Shown piece by piece: positions 40,569-49,829 of a stretch of 63,999 bases of DNA. Both the position numbers and the translations under genes were made by a program. Every line of letters begins with the position of its first letter. The first letter of the stretch is position 1. Origin of the DNA: a virus (taxonomy: Duplodnaviria > Caudoviricetes); IMG/VR virus record IMGVR_UViG_3300022871_000016, positions 1 to 63,999 of that record; one strand, 5' to 3'. Under the pieces are notes generated by a model. That model made no database searches. It saw only the letters and a list, made by a program, of their open reading frames with translations, and had not been told where the DNA came from.

Positions 40569-40580
40569 GGAAAAAATGAT

Positions 40581-42407
40581 TTATTTTTTCAAAACCCAAA
40601 AGTCTGAGTTCTCATTTTCTCTCTTAGCTGTAAAAATACCTTTAATTTTTTTACCAGAAAACTCTATTATTTTCTCTAACTCTGTGCTTTCAAGAATAGA
40701 TATATTTCCTCTATCTATTACTTTAATCCAAGAAAGCATATCAGTAATATTAAAATCACTATGAGGTAACATAAATGATATTCCCTCTGAAAGTTTCCTA
40801 ACAGAGTATTCTGAAGGTTTTATATAAAAAGTTGATTCTTTGAATTCATCTTCGATCAAACTTTTATTTTCAGACAAATGAATATCTATTCCTAAATCAG
40901 TAGAAACAGTAAAATTATCTATCTTATCATTTTTGTTTCTCCACCATTGATTATAAAAAGTAAAGTTACCTATCTTCTTTTCTGCTTCTTTCATTTTTAT
41001 ATTAAACTTATATCCGCGATAATCAACATTGCTGTCTTTTAATTCTTTTAATGTTTTAAATGATTGTTCAGATTTATCAGGTTGCACAACAGTATATTTA
41101 TACTCTGTGTATTTATCAAACAACTCTAAAGCAAACGGAGAAAGCTTTTCTGGATGGAAATCAGTAATACCAGATTCTATGATGTCAGATACACAACCAC
41201 GAAATGAACTCTTTAACTGCTCGAATGTTTTATCAACATCATCACCTCTTCTTTTAGCCGCATATAACTTTAGTATATCTTTTAAATCATCAACTAAAGA
41301 TTCTTTGTTATCAACTTTTCCTATCATTGGTGTTCCGCACTTAGGACATTTACTTTCATTACAAGGAGTTCCTCTGTTATGTTTAATTTCTTCTTTACAC
41401 TTAGGGCAAACACAAACATCTGTTCCAGCATCACCTTGTCTAGGACCACCAACGCCTAATCCTAATCCACGTACTTCCGATAACCTTAGGTTATCAACAA
41501 AGTCAACTATTGATTCCTTTATATCATCATCTATTTCAGATTCTAAATAAGTTGAGTTCTCTTTTATTGGATAATTAGAAACCATTAATTCTGATTTCCT
41601 AGCCATATGACCTGCTGATGGTGCAGCAATATTATATTGAGAAAGTATCTTTCTATCATACTTTGATTCTTTCCAACCGTCACAAACTTCATACGTAACC
41701 ATCCACTTACCCGGAACAGTTTTTGTAAATGATTCAAATTCATTTTGTGTCGGACACCACTTCCAATCCATCTTAGCTGACGGATAAGGAGGATCCATAA
41801 AAGTAAAAGATTCTTTGTTCGCATATTTTTTAATAAAATCTCTGTAATCCATATTTTCTATTGTTACGTCTTGCAGACGTTCTTTTATCTTTAGCATTCG
41901 TGTAGTTACTTTCATAACATCACCTTCAGATCTATTATCAAAGGAACTCATCTGACCTGCATCTGAAGCTCCTTTGATATAAACATAACGATAGAACTGA
42001 TAAACAGGGTCGTTATGCTGACTACTTTCTTTCCACTCAGGAAGCAATTTATTAAATGTATCTTTAGATGTTTTCCAATCAAGCTTATTTAATGATTCAA
42101 CTTGTTGTTCTGTTATGTCTTTCATAAACTTAAAACAAGAAGCAATATCACTATCTCTATCGTTTATAAATTCTTCTTCACTTCTCTTTTTTCTGAACAA
42201 TATAGATCCACCACCAATAAATGATTCAACGTATCTTTTATGTTCTGGAAACAATCTTATTAGTTTCCCGGCAACAAAAAATTTACCACCGGGAGAACCA
42301 AACGCAGGCTTTACACCTTCCATAAAGTTATCGTTTTTAGAAACGATGTCTATTTTATCTAAAGAGAAATCTTCTAACAAAGCAATCAAAAACCCTTTAT
42401 TCTTCAT
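40581..42407 (-). CDS. Dam-like (D12 class) adenine methyltransferase fused to a Zn ribbon and a degenerate LigD phosphoesterase-like C-terminus
   Basis: SPGGK, YVESFIGGGS, INDRD and FMDPPY; CVCPKC...PCNESKCPKCG; VIDRG...FSGKKIKG...WVLKK. Confidence 0.8.
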   Translation of the reverse strand: MKNKGFLIALLEDFSLDKIDIVSKNDNFMEGVKPAFGSPGGKFFVAGKLIRLFPEHKRYVESFIGGGSILFRKKRSEEEFINDRDSDIASCFKFMKDITEQQVESLNKLDWKTSKDTFNKLLPEWKESSQHNDPVYQFYRYVYIKGASDAGQMSSFDNRSEGDVMKVTTRMLKIKERLQDVTIENMDYRDFIKKYANKESFTFMDPPYPSAKMDWKWCPTQNEFESFTKTVPGKWMVTYEVCDGWKESKYDRKILSQYNIAAPSAGHMARKSELMVSNYPIKENSTYLESEIDDDIKESIVDFVDNLRLSEVRGLGLGVGGPRQGDAGTDVCVCPKCKEEIKHNRGTPCNESKCPKCGTPMIGKVDNKESLVDDLKDILKLYAAKRRGDDVDKTFEQLKSSFRGCVSDIIESGITDFHPEKLSPFALELFDKYTEYKYTVVQPDKSEQSFKTLKELKDSNVDYRGYKFNIKMKEAEKKIGNFTFYNQWWRNKNDKIDNFTVSTDLGIDIHLSENKSLIEDEFKESTFYIKPSEYSVRKLSEGISFMLPHSDFNITDMLSWIKVIDRGNISILESTELEKIIEFSGKKIKGIFTAKRENENSDFWVLKK

Positions 42408-43815
42408 TTGTCGCTACTCCTTTTTCTTCTTCTTTCTTATTATCATCAGCATCACTATCTACATTATCATCAGCCTCACTATCTACATCTACACCTAATT
42501 GTGATATTACTGCATTAATAATAGTTTTAGCCTTCTTATCACTAACCCATTTTTTATCAGATGCTTGAACCAATCCAGATATTAATCCTGACATAGCTTC
42601 AGCAGTTCCTTTGCTGCTATCTCTAGAAACTATTGGAGAAGGAATAACTTTAAAAGTCTTATCAACACCCTCTTTTAATACACCAGCTATTATTGCTTGG
42701 TCAATGACAAAATCAAACATCCGCTTAATTAGAAACTTTATTTTTTTCTGTTTAGTCTTTAAATTTTTAAGAGTAGGAAGCGACATTTCCATAGCTGTTG
42801 CACGTGTAGTTTTATCACCTTCAGCAAACCAATGCCCCGGGAATCCAGCACCACCTAAAATCTGGTTCTTAAATAAGGCTGCTTCACCTGATGCATCAGC
42901 TGATTCTAATTTAGGTGTTTCTGACTTCCAGGTGATTTTTTCATTATGAGCTCTTATAGAGCCAGGTCTAGGCGGCGCTAATTTTTTTACAAATTCTTGA
43001 AGCTCTGATTCATTCATTCCTTCACAAGCAACATCCCAAATAAACGAATTCAACAAGAATGCTCTTTCTAACCTTGTAAAAAGAAATTGATCATATCCAT
43101 CTAGCCAATCAGCTAATCTTAATAACACACTTCTACCGCGCGTTGCTGAACTTACTTTATTTATTGTAAAGTAAAAACAATCTCCAACTAACTTCCCATA
43201 TGTTTTTGACCTAAGATTTCTATCAACATTTATTATACTCATTTCTTGTTCTTTAGAAGAACCACTTAATCTTTTCCATATTAATGATTTTTGTATCTTT
43301 GGATTATTTCTATCTTTTCTAATTTTTAAAATTGTCTTTGGATCTATATACCCTAGCTTAACTGCACCGTTAGCTGAATTAACCCAAGTCGGTAAACATA
43401 ACTCACCAAACAAATATAGTTCAACAACATTAACATTCATTTCTTCATCAAGGTTATTATCCGGATCGTTCCAAAAATTATCGATAACTTCTTTTACATT
43501 AGGATCTTTGACTGAATAAGTAAATCCGTCACCAATAACAAAATCTTCTATAATCTCGATAATCCTGCCTGCCATAGGATTGCTATCATATAAATAGAAC
43601 GCAATATCCTGCATTCTATTCTGTGTAAGGAGGCTCAAATCCCTGAGTGAATTAGATGTCAAAGAACGCCATTGAGCATCTTCACCAGTACCCCCTACCA
43701 TTGGGTATGATTCAGCTATTCTTCTCTGTAACTCTATTGACCTTTTTTTACGTTCTTTAAAATTCAATATAACATTACTTGAATCTTGTTCTGGTTGATC
43801 TTTCTTTCTTTTCAT
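42397..43815 (-). CDS. Portal protein
   Basis: Follows TerL; YDSNPMAGRII, LFGELCL and RGRSVL motifs; 472 aa. Confidence 0.88.
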   Translation of the reverse strand: MKRKKDQPEQDSSNVILNFKERKKRSIELQRRIAESYPMVGGTGEDAQWRSLTSNSLRDLSLLTQNRMQDIAFYLYDSNPMAGRIIEIIEDFVIGDGFTYSVKDPNVKEVIDNFWNDPDNNLDEEMNVNVVELYLFGELCLPTWVNSANGAVKLGYIDPKTILKIRKDRNNPKIQKSLIWKRLSGSSKEQEMSIINVDRNLRSKTYGKLVGDCFYFTINKVSSATRGRSVLLRLADWLDGYDQFLFTRLERAFLLNSFIWDVACEGMNESELQEFVKKLAPPRPGSIRAHNEKITWKSETPKLESADASGEAALFKNQILGGAGFPGHWFAEGDKTTRATAMEMSLPTLKNLKTKQKKIKFLIKRMFDFVIDQAIIAGVLKEGVDKTFKVIPSPIVSRDSSKGTAEAMSGLISGLVQASDKKWVSDKKAKTIINAVISQLGVDVDSEADDNVDSDADDNKKEEEKGVATNEE

Positions 43816-45395
43816 AATATATGGCTCCTTCTTGCTATTCTTCTATCACCAATAACGCTGGAAACAGAAGTTCCTTTAAACATATTTCTTCCAATTCTTC
43901 TAACAAAATTCCCTTCATTATCTCTAATATCATCCCCGGGGTCTAAACTAACAACTACGCCTGATGCTTTTGTTACAGGAAATAAATAATTTATTCCATA
44001 CTCAACAGCATTAACAGCATGAGTAAATTTATTATCTATATGATCTTCCCTAGATTTATTAAGCGTAACCCCATTGATACATTGTGCAAAGTTTAAGCAA
44101 GTCGGTTCATTTGATATATTAAATTGTGGTCGTCCATTAATATATCTTTTAAGGCAAGTTCTTACACACTTCATCTTTTCATAATTAGAAAGTTCTCTAG
44201 ATTTAATTAATATTTGATTATTAGATACTGTTTTCCAATCGCTGATTACACTTGTCTTGGTAACTCTATTTCTTTTGTTTCCTGACTTATCACCTATAAA
44301 TATTATATCCTTAATCTCTCCTGAATATCTAATAGCATCTAAACACTTTTTAAATTCTTGATATAATTCGGTAGTTAACTTATCTCTATATATTTTATAA
44401 TAGATTATAAATAATCTATCTTCAAAATCTTTTTGTGCAAATACAAATGGCTCACCGTCAAGACCAAAATCCATAAAGCAATATAATTTTGATTTTGGAT
44501 TAAGATATACTTTATGACTTAATAAATGTAATTTCTTATCATACTCTGGATAAGAACGATTTGTTAAAGCCTTATCGTACTGACGTAATATTTCTTGTGC
44601 TATTTCCTGTTCACTCATAGAAGCAGTTTTTTTATCATACCAACCTTGTGTATGGTCTGGGTTTAAATTCCAGTCAAAACCAAGTTTAACAAATCCAGAG
44701 TTTTTCATATCTTTTACTTCCGCAAATTTATTATTCACACTTTCTTTCGGAGGTGTAGAATTTAAGCATAACGTATTTGTAGCATTCCTTAATCCTTTAT
44801 ACATTTCATCTAAGCAATCAACAAAAGCTGCTTCATCAACTAATATAAATTTATATTGCGTATCCCTTCCGGCTTTAGGATTAGCTGATTCACCCTTTAT
44901 AACAGAATTCATTAAAGGAACTGAAAAAACTAAAAAAGGATTATGTACCTTTGGTTTAATGAACGGAGGAAGCCGTTGATACATAAATGCCAACCTACCA
45001 TGCAAAGAATGAAAAGTATTACCGTTATCTTGCACTTCTGATTCTTTTCTAGAAATATTTAATGCGGTAAATCCTTTAGTGTAACAAACTTGATGTAATT
45101 CCCACCCCATAACTGACCAAGAAATACCCATATCTCTGCATTTATCAATAAATACATCTTCATACTTATCTAACTGATTGATTAATTTAATTTGATAATC
45201 ACGTAAAGTAAATGGGAGAATCGATGGCGTTTTACGAGTATCTATCGTCCATACATAATTATTAAACCAATAAACCTTATCTTCTACACAACGCCTATAC
45301 TCACTAAACTGCCACTTTTTTGCATCCTTTGGAGATCGTGTAGCAATTTCTTTTTTCCAATCAATTCTTTCTGTATTATGTATCATCACTTGCAT
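43812..45395 (-). CDS. terL: Terminase large subunit
   Basis: KCRDMGISW Walker A variant, ILVDEAAF Walker B, LNSTP, and nuclease MDFGLD. Confidence 0.92.
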   Translation of the reverse strand: MQVMIHNTERIDWKKEIATRSPKDAKKWQFSEYRRCVEDKVYWFNNYVWTIDTRKTPSILPFTLRDYQIKLINQLDKYEDVFIDKCRDMGISWSVMGWELHQVCYTKGFTALNISRKESEVQDNGNTFHSLHGRLAFMYQRLPPFIKPKVHNPFLVFSVPLMNSVIKGESANPKAGRDTQYKFILVDEAAFVDCLDEMYKGLRNATNTLCLNSTPPKESVNNKFAEVKDMKNSGFVKLGFDWNLNPDHTQGWYDKKTASMSEQEIAQEILRQYDKALTNRSYPEYDKKLHLLSHKVYLNPKSKLYCFMDFGLDGEPFVFAQKDFEDRLFIIYYKIYRDKLTTELYQEFKKCLDAIRYSGEIKDIIFIGDKSGNKRNRVTKTSVISDWKTVSNNQILIKSRELSNYEKMKCVRTCLKRYINGRPQFNISNEPTCLNFAQCINGVTLNKSREDHIDNKFTHAVNAVEYGINYLFPVTKASGVVVSLDPGDDIRDNEGNFVRRIGRNMFKGTSVSSVIGDRRIARRSHIL

Positions 45396-45975
45396 CTTGC
45401 ATTATCTCCTCTGCAGTTAAGATCTTTCTTTCTTCTGTTTTTTGAGTTACTCCACCAGAAAGAAATACTTCTAACCTAGCTAATCGTTCAAAATCTTTCA
45501 TTGTTGTTTTATCCATTAGTTTGCTAGTGATTTTTCCTTCACCGTTACATGCTTGGCATAAATCCTTCTGACCAGTTTTACCATTTAATTGTGTTCCTTC
45601 TCCTTTACAACATTTACATTCTTTATCTTTTATTCTATCTTCTATATTATCTAATGTTTCCCTAATAATGTACAGCATCTTTGTCCTACGTTCCTCAAGC
45701 AAAACATTAAATTTCTCTGATATTCTATCCTGAAACATAGTAAGTCGCCATTGAAGTGGTTTTATTCCGCGTTTGCTATCTCCTTTATTAAAGTATTTCC
45801 TTGCAGTTTCAAAACATATCTTTGTATTCTTAGCTGCTTGTTTTAATGAAATACCTTCAGCTAAATGGCTAAACAACTCATCAATCTTTTCTTGAGGTAA
45901 AGAATACCTATATCCATATCCTTCTTTCTTATCCTTATTGAATCTTAAATTTTCTAATGATTTTGGATTTACCAT
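45376..45975 (-). CDS. terS: Terminase small subunit with a DnaJ-type zinc finger
   Basis: NPKSLENL start, HTH-like region, CKCCKGEG and CQACNGEG; overlaps TerL. Confidence 0.7.
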   Translation of the reverse strand: MVNPKSLENLRFNKDKKEGYGYRYSLPQEKIDELFSHLAEGISLKQAAKNTKICFETARKYFNKGDSKRGIKPLQWRLTMFQDRISEKFNVLLEERRTKMLYIIRETLDNIEDRIKDKECKCCKGEGTQLNGKTGQKDLCQACNGEGKITSKLMDKTTMKDFERLARLEVFLSGGVTQKTEERKILTAEEIMQDASDDT

Positions 45976-45976
45976 A

Positions 45977-46282
45977 TTAATGCGCCTCTTTCTTTTTTAC
46001 TAAAAATTCTATTGTTCCTGTACGTTTATCTGCCCCTGAATTAAATGTTGCGTAAAAAAATAACGCAAATGATCCTACTATCAATGGAGTGTATTTATAT
46101 CTTATTTGTGTGCCGGCAATCGTAGCTGTTGTTTCAGCTAACACTGCAGTAGTAGAACCAACCTTCCATATTTGAACTTTGGCGCTATTAGTGTCCGGTG
46201 TTTGCGCTTCACCAACAATCTCGAATGATCCGCGGAATGTTACATCATCCGCAACGTAATATAAGTTTTTTCTGTTTGGCAT
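45977..46282 (-). CDS. Small Ig-fold (BppU-like) virion protein
   Basis: All-beta pattern, 101 aa. Confidence 0.55.
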   Translation of the reverse strand: MPNRKNLYYVADDVTFRGSFEIVGEAQTPDTNSAKVQIWKVGSTTAVLAETTATIAGTQIRYKYTPLIVGSFALFFYATFNSGADKRTGTIEFLVKKKEAH

Positions 46283-46296
46283 ACTATATCTCCTTG

Positions 46297-49218
46297 TTAT
46301 TGTTCATCAAATTTATAATTATATGTTTTATTATCAAATTTATAATTGCTTGTATCATCTTTAAATTCATAATCATATGTTTTATTAACAAAATCAACTT
46401 GATATGGTAATGATGAAGCCGAGCTTGATGAACTAGAAGAACTTGAGCTTGATAATGAACTTGAACTGCTTGAACTACTTGAAGAACTAAAAGAACTTGA
46501 ACTACTTGATGAGCTTGAACTGCTTGAACTGCTAGATGAGCTAGAGCTACTTGATGAGCTAGAGCTACTTGAACTGAATGAACTGCTTGATGAACTAGAA
46601 CTACTTGAACTGCTTGAACTGCTAGATGAGCTAGAGCTACTTGATGAGCTTGAGCTACTTGAACTGAATGAACTGCTAGATGAACTGGAACTACTTGAGC
46701 TACTTGAACTGAAAGAACTACTAGATGAACTGGAACTACTTGATGAGCTTGATGAGCTTGAGCTACTAGAGCTACTTGATGAACTTGAACTAAAGGAACT
46801 ACTAGACGAGCTTGATGAGCTTGAGCTACTTGATGAACTCGAAGAAGAAGAACTTGAGCTGAAAGAACTACTTGATGAGCTTGATGAGCTTGATGAACTA
46901 GAGCTGAAAGAACTGCTTGAGCTACTTGATGAACTAGAACTACTTGAGCTGAATGAACTGCTAGAGCTACTTGATGAACTGGAACTACTTGAACTGAAAG
47001 AACTGCTAGAGCTACTTGATGAACTGGAACTACTTGAGCTGAAAGAACTGCTAGAGGAACTTGATGAGCTTGAGCTACTAGAGCTACTACTTGAGCTACT
47101 TGAACTAAATGAACTACTTGATGAACTACTTGAGCTACTTGAACTAAATGAACTACTTGATGAACTACTTGAGCTACTTGAGCTGAAAGAACTACTTGAG
47201 CTACTTGATGAACTGCTCGAGCTGAAAGAACTACTTGAGCTACTTGATGAACTGGAACTACTTGAGCTAAAAGAACTGCTTGAGCTACTTGATGAACTGG
47301 AACTACTTGAGCTGAAAGAACTGCTAGAGCTACTTGATGAACTGGAACTACTTGAGCTGAAAGAACTGCTAGAGGAACTTGATGAGCTTGAGCTACTAGA
47401 GCTGAAAGAACTGCTAGAGGAACTTGATGAACTGGAACTACTTGAGCTGAAAGAACTGCTTGATGAACTAGACGAGCTTGAACTGCTTGATGAGCTAGAA
47501 CTACTTGAGCTAAAGGAACTACTTGAGCTACTTGAGGAACTAAAAGAACTATTTGAACTACTAGAACTACTTGATGAACTGGAAGAACTTGAGCTAAATG
47601 AACTACTCGATGAGCTTGAACTGCTAGAACTTAAAGAACTACTTGAGCTACTAGAAGAACTAGAACTGCTTGAACTGAATGAGCTACTAGAAGAACTAGA
47701 ACTGCTTGAACTGCTTGAACTAAATGAGCTACTTGATGAACTAGAACTACTTGAGCTACTTGAACTAAATGAGCTACTTGAGCTACTTGAACTACTAGAA
47801 CTATATGAGCTACTTGAGCTACTTGATGAACTAGAACTACTTGAGCTACTAGAACTGCTAGATGAACTACTTGAGCTACTAGAACTGCTAGATGAACTAG
47901 AACTGCTTGAGCTGAAAGAACTACTTGAACTGCTTGATGAACTGCTTGAGCTACTTGAGGAACTAGAAGAACTTGAACTAAAAGAACTGCTAGATGAACT
48001 GCTTGAGCTACTTGAACTGAATGAACTGCTTGATGAACTGCTTGAGCTACTTGAGGAACTAAAAGAACTGCTTGATGAGCTAGAACTGCTAGAACTGCTT
48101 GAGCTACTTGATGAGCTTGAGCTATATGAACTACTTGAGCTACTAGAACTGCTAGATGAACTAGAACTGCTTGAGCTGAAAGAACTACTTGATGAGCTTG
48201 ATGAGCTTGAGCTACTAGAGCTAAAGGAACTACTTGAGGAACTTGATGAGCTTGAACTGCTAGAACTTAAAGAACTACTTGAGCTACTTGATGAACTAGA
48301 AGAACTGAAAGAACTACTTGATGAACTGGAAGAACTGCTTGAGCTGAATGAGCTACTTGAAGAACTTGAACTGAATGAACTGCTTGATGAGCTTGATGAA
48401 CTAGAACTACTTGATGAGCTAGAGCTACTTGAGCTAAAGGAACTACTTGAGCTGCTTGAGCTACTAGAACTGCTTGATGAGCTAGAGCTACTTGAACTGA
48501 ATGAACTGCTTGATGAGCTACTAGAGCTACTTGAACTTAATGAACTGCTTGAGCTACTTGATGAGCTTGAACTACTTGAGCTGAATGAACTGCTAGAGCT
48601 ACTAGAAGAACTAGAAGAACTTGAACTAAAGGAACTACTTGAAGAACTACTTGAGCTACTTGAGCTGAAAGAACTACTTGAGCTACTTGATGAACTTGAT
48701 GAGCTAGAGCTAAAAGAAGAACTTGATGAACTGCTTGAGCTACTTGAGCTAAATGAGCTACTTGAGGAACTAGAAGAACTAGAGCTACTAGAACTTAATG
48801 AACTACTTGAGCTACTTGATGAGCTTGAACTACTTGAGCTGAAAGAACTACTTGAGCTACTTGAAGAACTAGAGCTACTTGAGCTGAATGAGCTACTTGA
48901 TGAACTGGAACTACTTGAGCTATATGAACTGCTTGAGGAACTAGAAGAACTAGAGCTACTTGAACTTAATGAACTGCTTGAGCTACTTGATGAACTAGAA
49001 CTGCTTGAGCTGAATGAACTGCTAGAGGAACTTGATGAACTTGAACTGATAGAACTTAAAGAGCTACTTGAGGAACTAGAACTGCTTGAGCTTAATGAAC
49101 TACTAGAACTGCTTGAGGAACTAGAAGAACTAGATGAACTAGAACTTCCTAACGTTCCGTCATAGCTTAGGTTGCTGTCATCATAAGCATTACTACTCTG
49201 GTCGTATATTATTGCCAT
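46297..49218 (-). CDS. Giant poly-serine protein (about 910-aa Ser tract punctuated by F/L/Y)
   Basis: Stop-free frame using mixed TCN and AGY codons; unique 24-aa N-terminus with YD repeats and 37-aa C-terminus; co-oriented with late genes. Confidence 0.85.
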   Translation of the reverse strand: MAIIYDQSSNAYDDSNLSYDGTLGSSSSSSSSSSSSSSSSSLSSSSSSSSSSSLSSISSSSSSSSSSSFSSSSSSSSSSSSSSLSSSSSSSSSSSSSSYSSSSSSSSSSSFSSSSSSSSSSSSSSFSSSSSSSSSSSSSSLSSSSSSSSSSSSSSFSSSSSSSSSSSSFSSSSSSSSSSSSSSFSSSSSSSSSSSSFSSSSSSSSSSSSSSFSSSSSSSSSSSSSSLSSSSSSSSSSSSFSSSSSSSSSSSSSSSSSSSSFSSSSSSSSSSSSSSSSSSSSFSSSSSSSSFSSSSSSSSSSSSFSSSSSSSSSSSSLSSSSSSSSSSSSSSFSSSSSSSSSSSSSSFSSSSSSSSSSSSSSSSSYSSSSSSSSSSSSSSSSSSSSFSSSSSSSSSSSSSFSSSSSSSSSSSSFSSSSSSSSSSSSSSSSSSSSSFSSSSSSSSSSSSSSSSSSSSSSSSSSSSSSSSSSSSYSSSSSSSSSSSFSSSSSSSSSSSSSSFSSSSSSSSSSSSSSFSSSSSSSSSSSSSSLSSSSSSSSSSSFSSSSSSSSSSSSSSNSSFSSSSSSSSSFSSSSSSSSSSSSSSSSSSSSFSSSSSSSSSSSSSSFSSSSSSSSSSSSSSFSSSSSSSSSSSSSSFSSSSSSSSSSSSSSFSSSSSSSSSSSSSSFSSSSSSSSSSSSFSSSSSSSSSSSSFSSSSSSSSSSSSFSSSSSSSSSSSSSSSSSSSSSFSSSSSSSSSSSSSSFSSSSSSSSSSSSSSFSSSSSSSSSSSSSSFSSSSSSSSSSSSSSFSSSSSSSSSSSSSSSSSSSSSSFSSSSSSSSSSSSSSSSSSSSSSSSSSFSSSSSSSSSSSSSSFSSSSSSSSSSSSSSSSSSSSSSSSSSSSSFSSSSSSSSSSSSSSSSSSSSSSSSSSSSFSSSSSSSSSSSLSSSSSSSSSSSASSLPYQVDFVNKTYDYEFKDDTSNYKFDNKTYNYKFDEQ

Positions 49219-49268
49219 TATTTACTCTCTATATTTAAAAATTGCACACCCCATTCCCATACTGACGG

Positions 49269-49766
49269 TTATTTATTGCTGATTTCTCTTTTTGCGTTCT
49301 TCTCGTTATAATCCGCAATTACTTTTGGTGTATGTAATCCCATTGCTAATGCTTTTGAAATTATGTCATTATTGTCTGGATTATCCCCTGGGTTTATCCA
49401 ACTGCGATGATACTTCTTATCAATTTCTTTTCCATTATCAAAAATTCTAGTTATTCTACGAACGGCTATACAACCAGACTCTTCTACTATGCGATCGTGA
49501 GTAATTATTTTCTCAATTCCATTGTTTGTTCTTATTTTATTTTCTAAAAGGAATGCATCTTTAACTTCTTTGGGAGTGATTACTGAAACTATATCTTTAC
49601 TTTTTTGGTCAAAGCCTTCCATGTTCTTAATGCTCTTAGATGTATATGCTTGACCTCGTGTGGAACTTATTACTTTATCTTCTTCAAGTATTTCTATTAT
49701 TGGATAGACTTGTAAATTCCCTAATTCTGATATTCCATGTTTTAGTTTTATTTGTTTTTCTAACAT
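49269..49766 (-). CDS. Tail-fibre-associated protein with two internal repeats
   Basis: LEKQI...IIEILEEDKVIS and IEKII...RIFDNGKEIDKKYHR. Confidence 0.6.
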   Translation of the reverse strand: MLEKQIKLKHGISELGNLQVYPIIEILEEDKVISSTRGQAYTSKSIKNMEGFDQKSKDIVSVITPKEVKDAFLLENKIRTNNGIEKIITHDRIVEESGCIAVRRITRIFDNGKEIDKKYHRSWINPGDNPDNNDIISKALAMGLHTPKVIADYNEKNAKREISNK

Positions 49767-49829
49767 TTATTTTCTCCTTTGATTAAAAGTAATCCGATTG
49801 TGATTGATAGTATTTTCATATTTCTCCTT

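Noticed and set aside
38940-42949. Plus-strand ORFs opposite the capsid, methylase and portal genes, and similar antisense ORFs elsewhere (1302-1610, 10656-10967, 27009-27425, 61354-61866, 62453-62863)
   Set aside because: They are shadows of well-supported genes on the other strand, with F/S/L-rich composition and no RBS.
46410-49150. Long stop-free Glu/Leu/Asp frame (ELLELLDELE...) on the plus strand of the Ser tracts
   Set aside because: It is an arithmetic shadow of Ser codons (TCN gives GAN, AGY gives CTN). It has no start or RBS, and the third-position constraint fits Ser on the minus strand.
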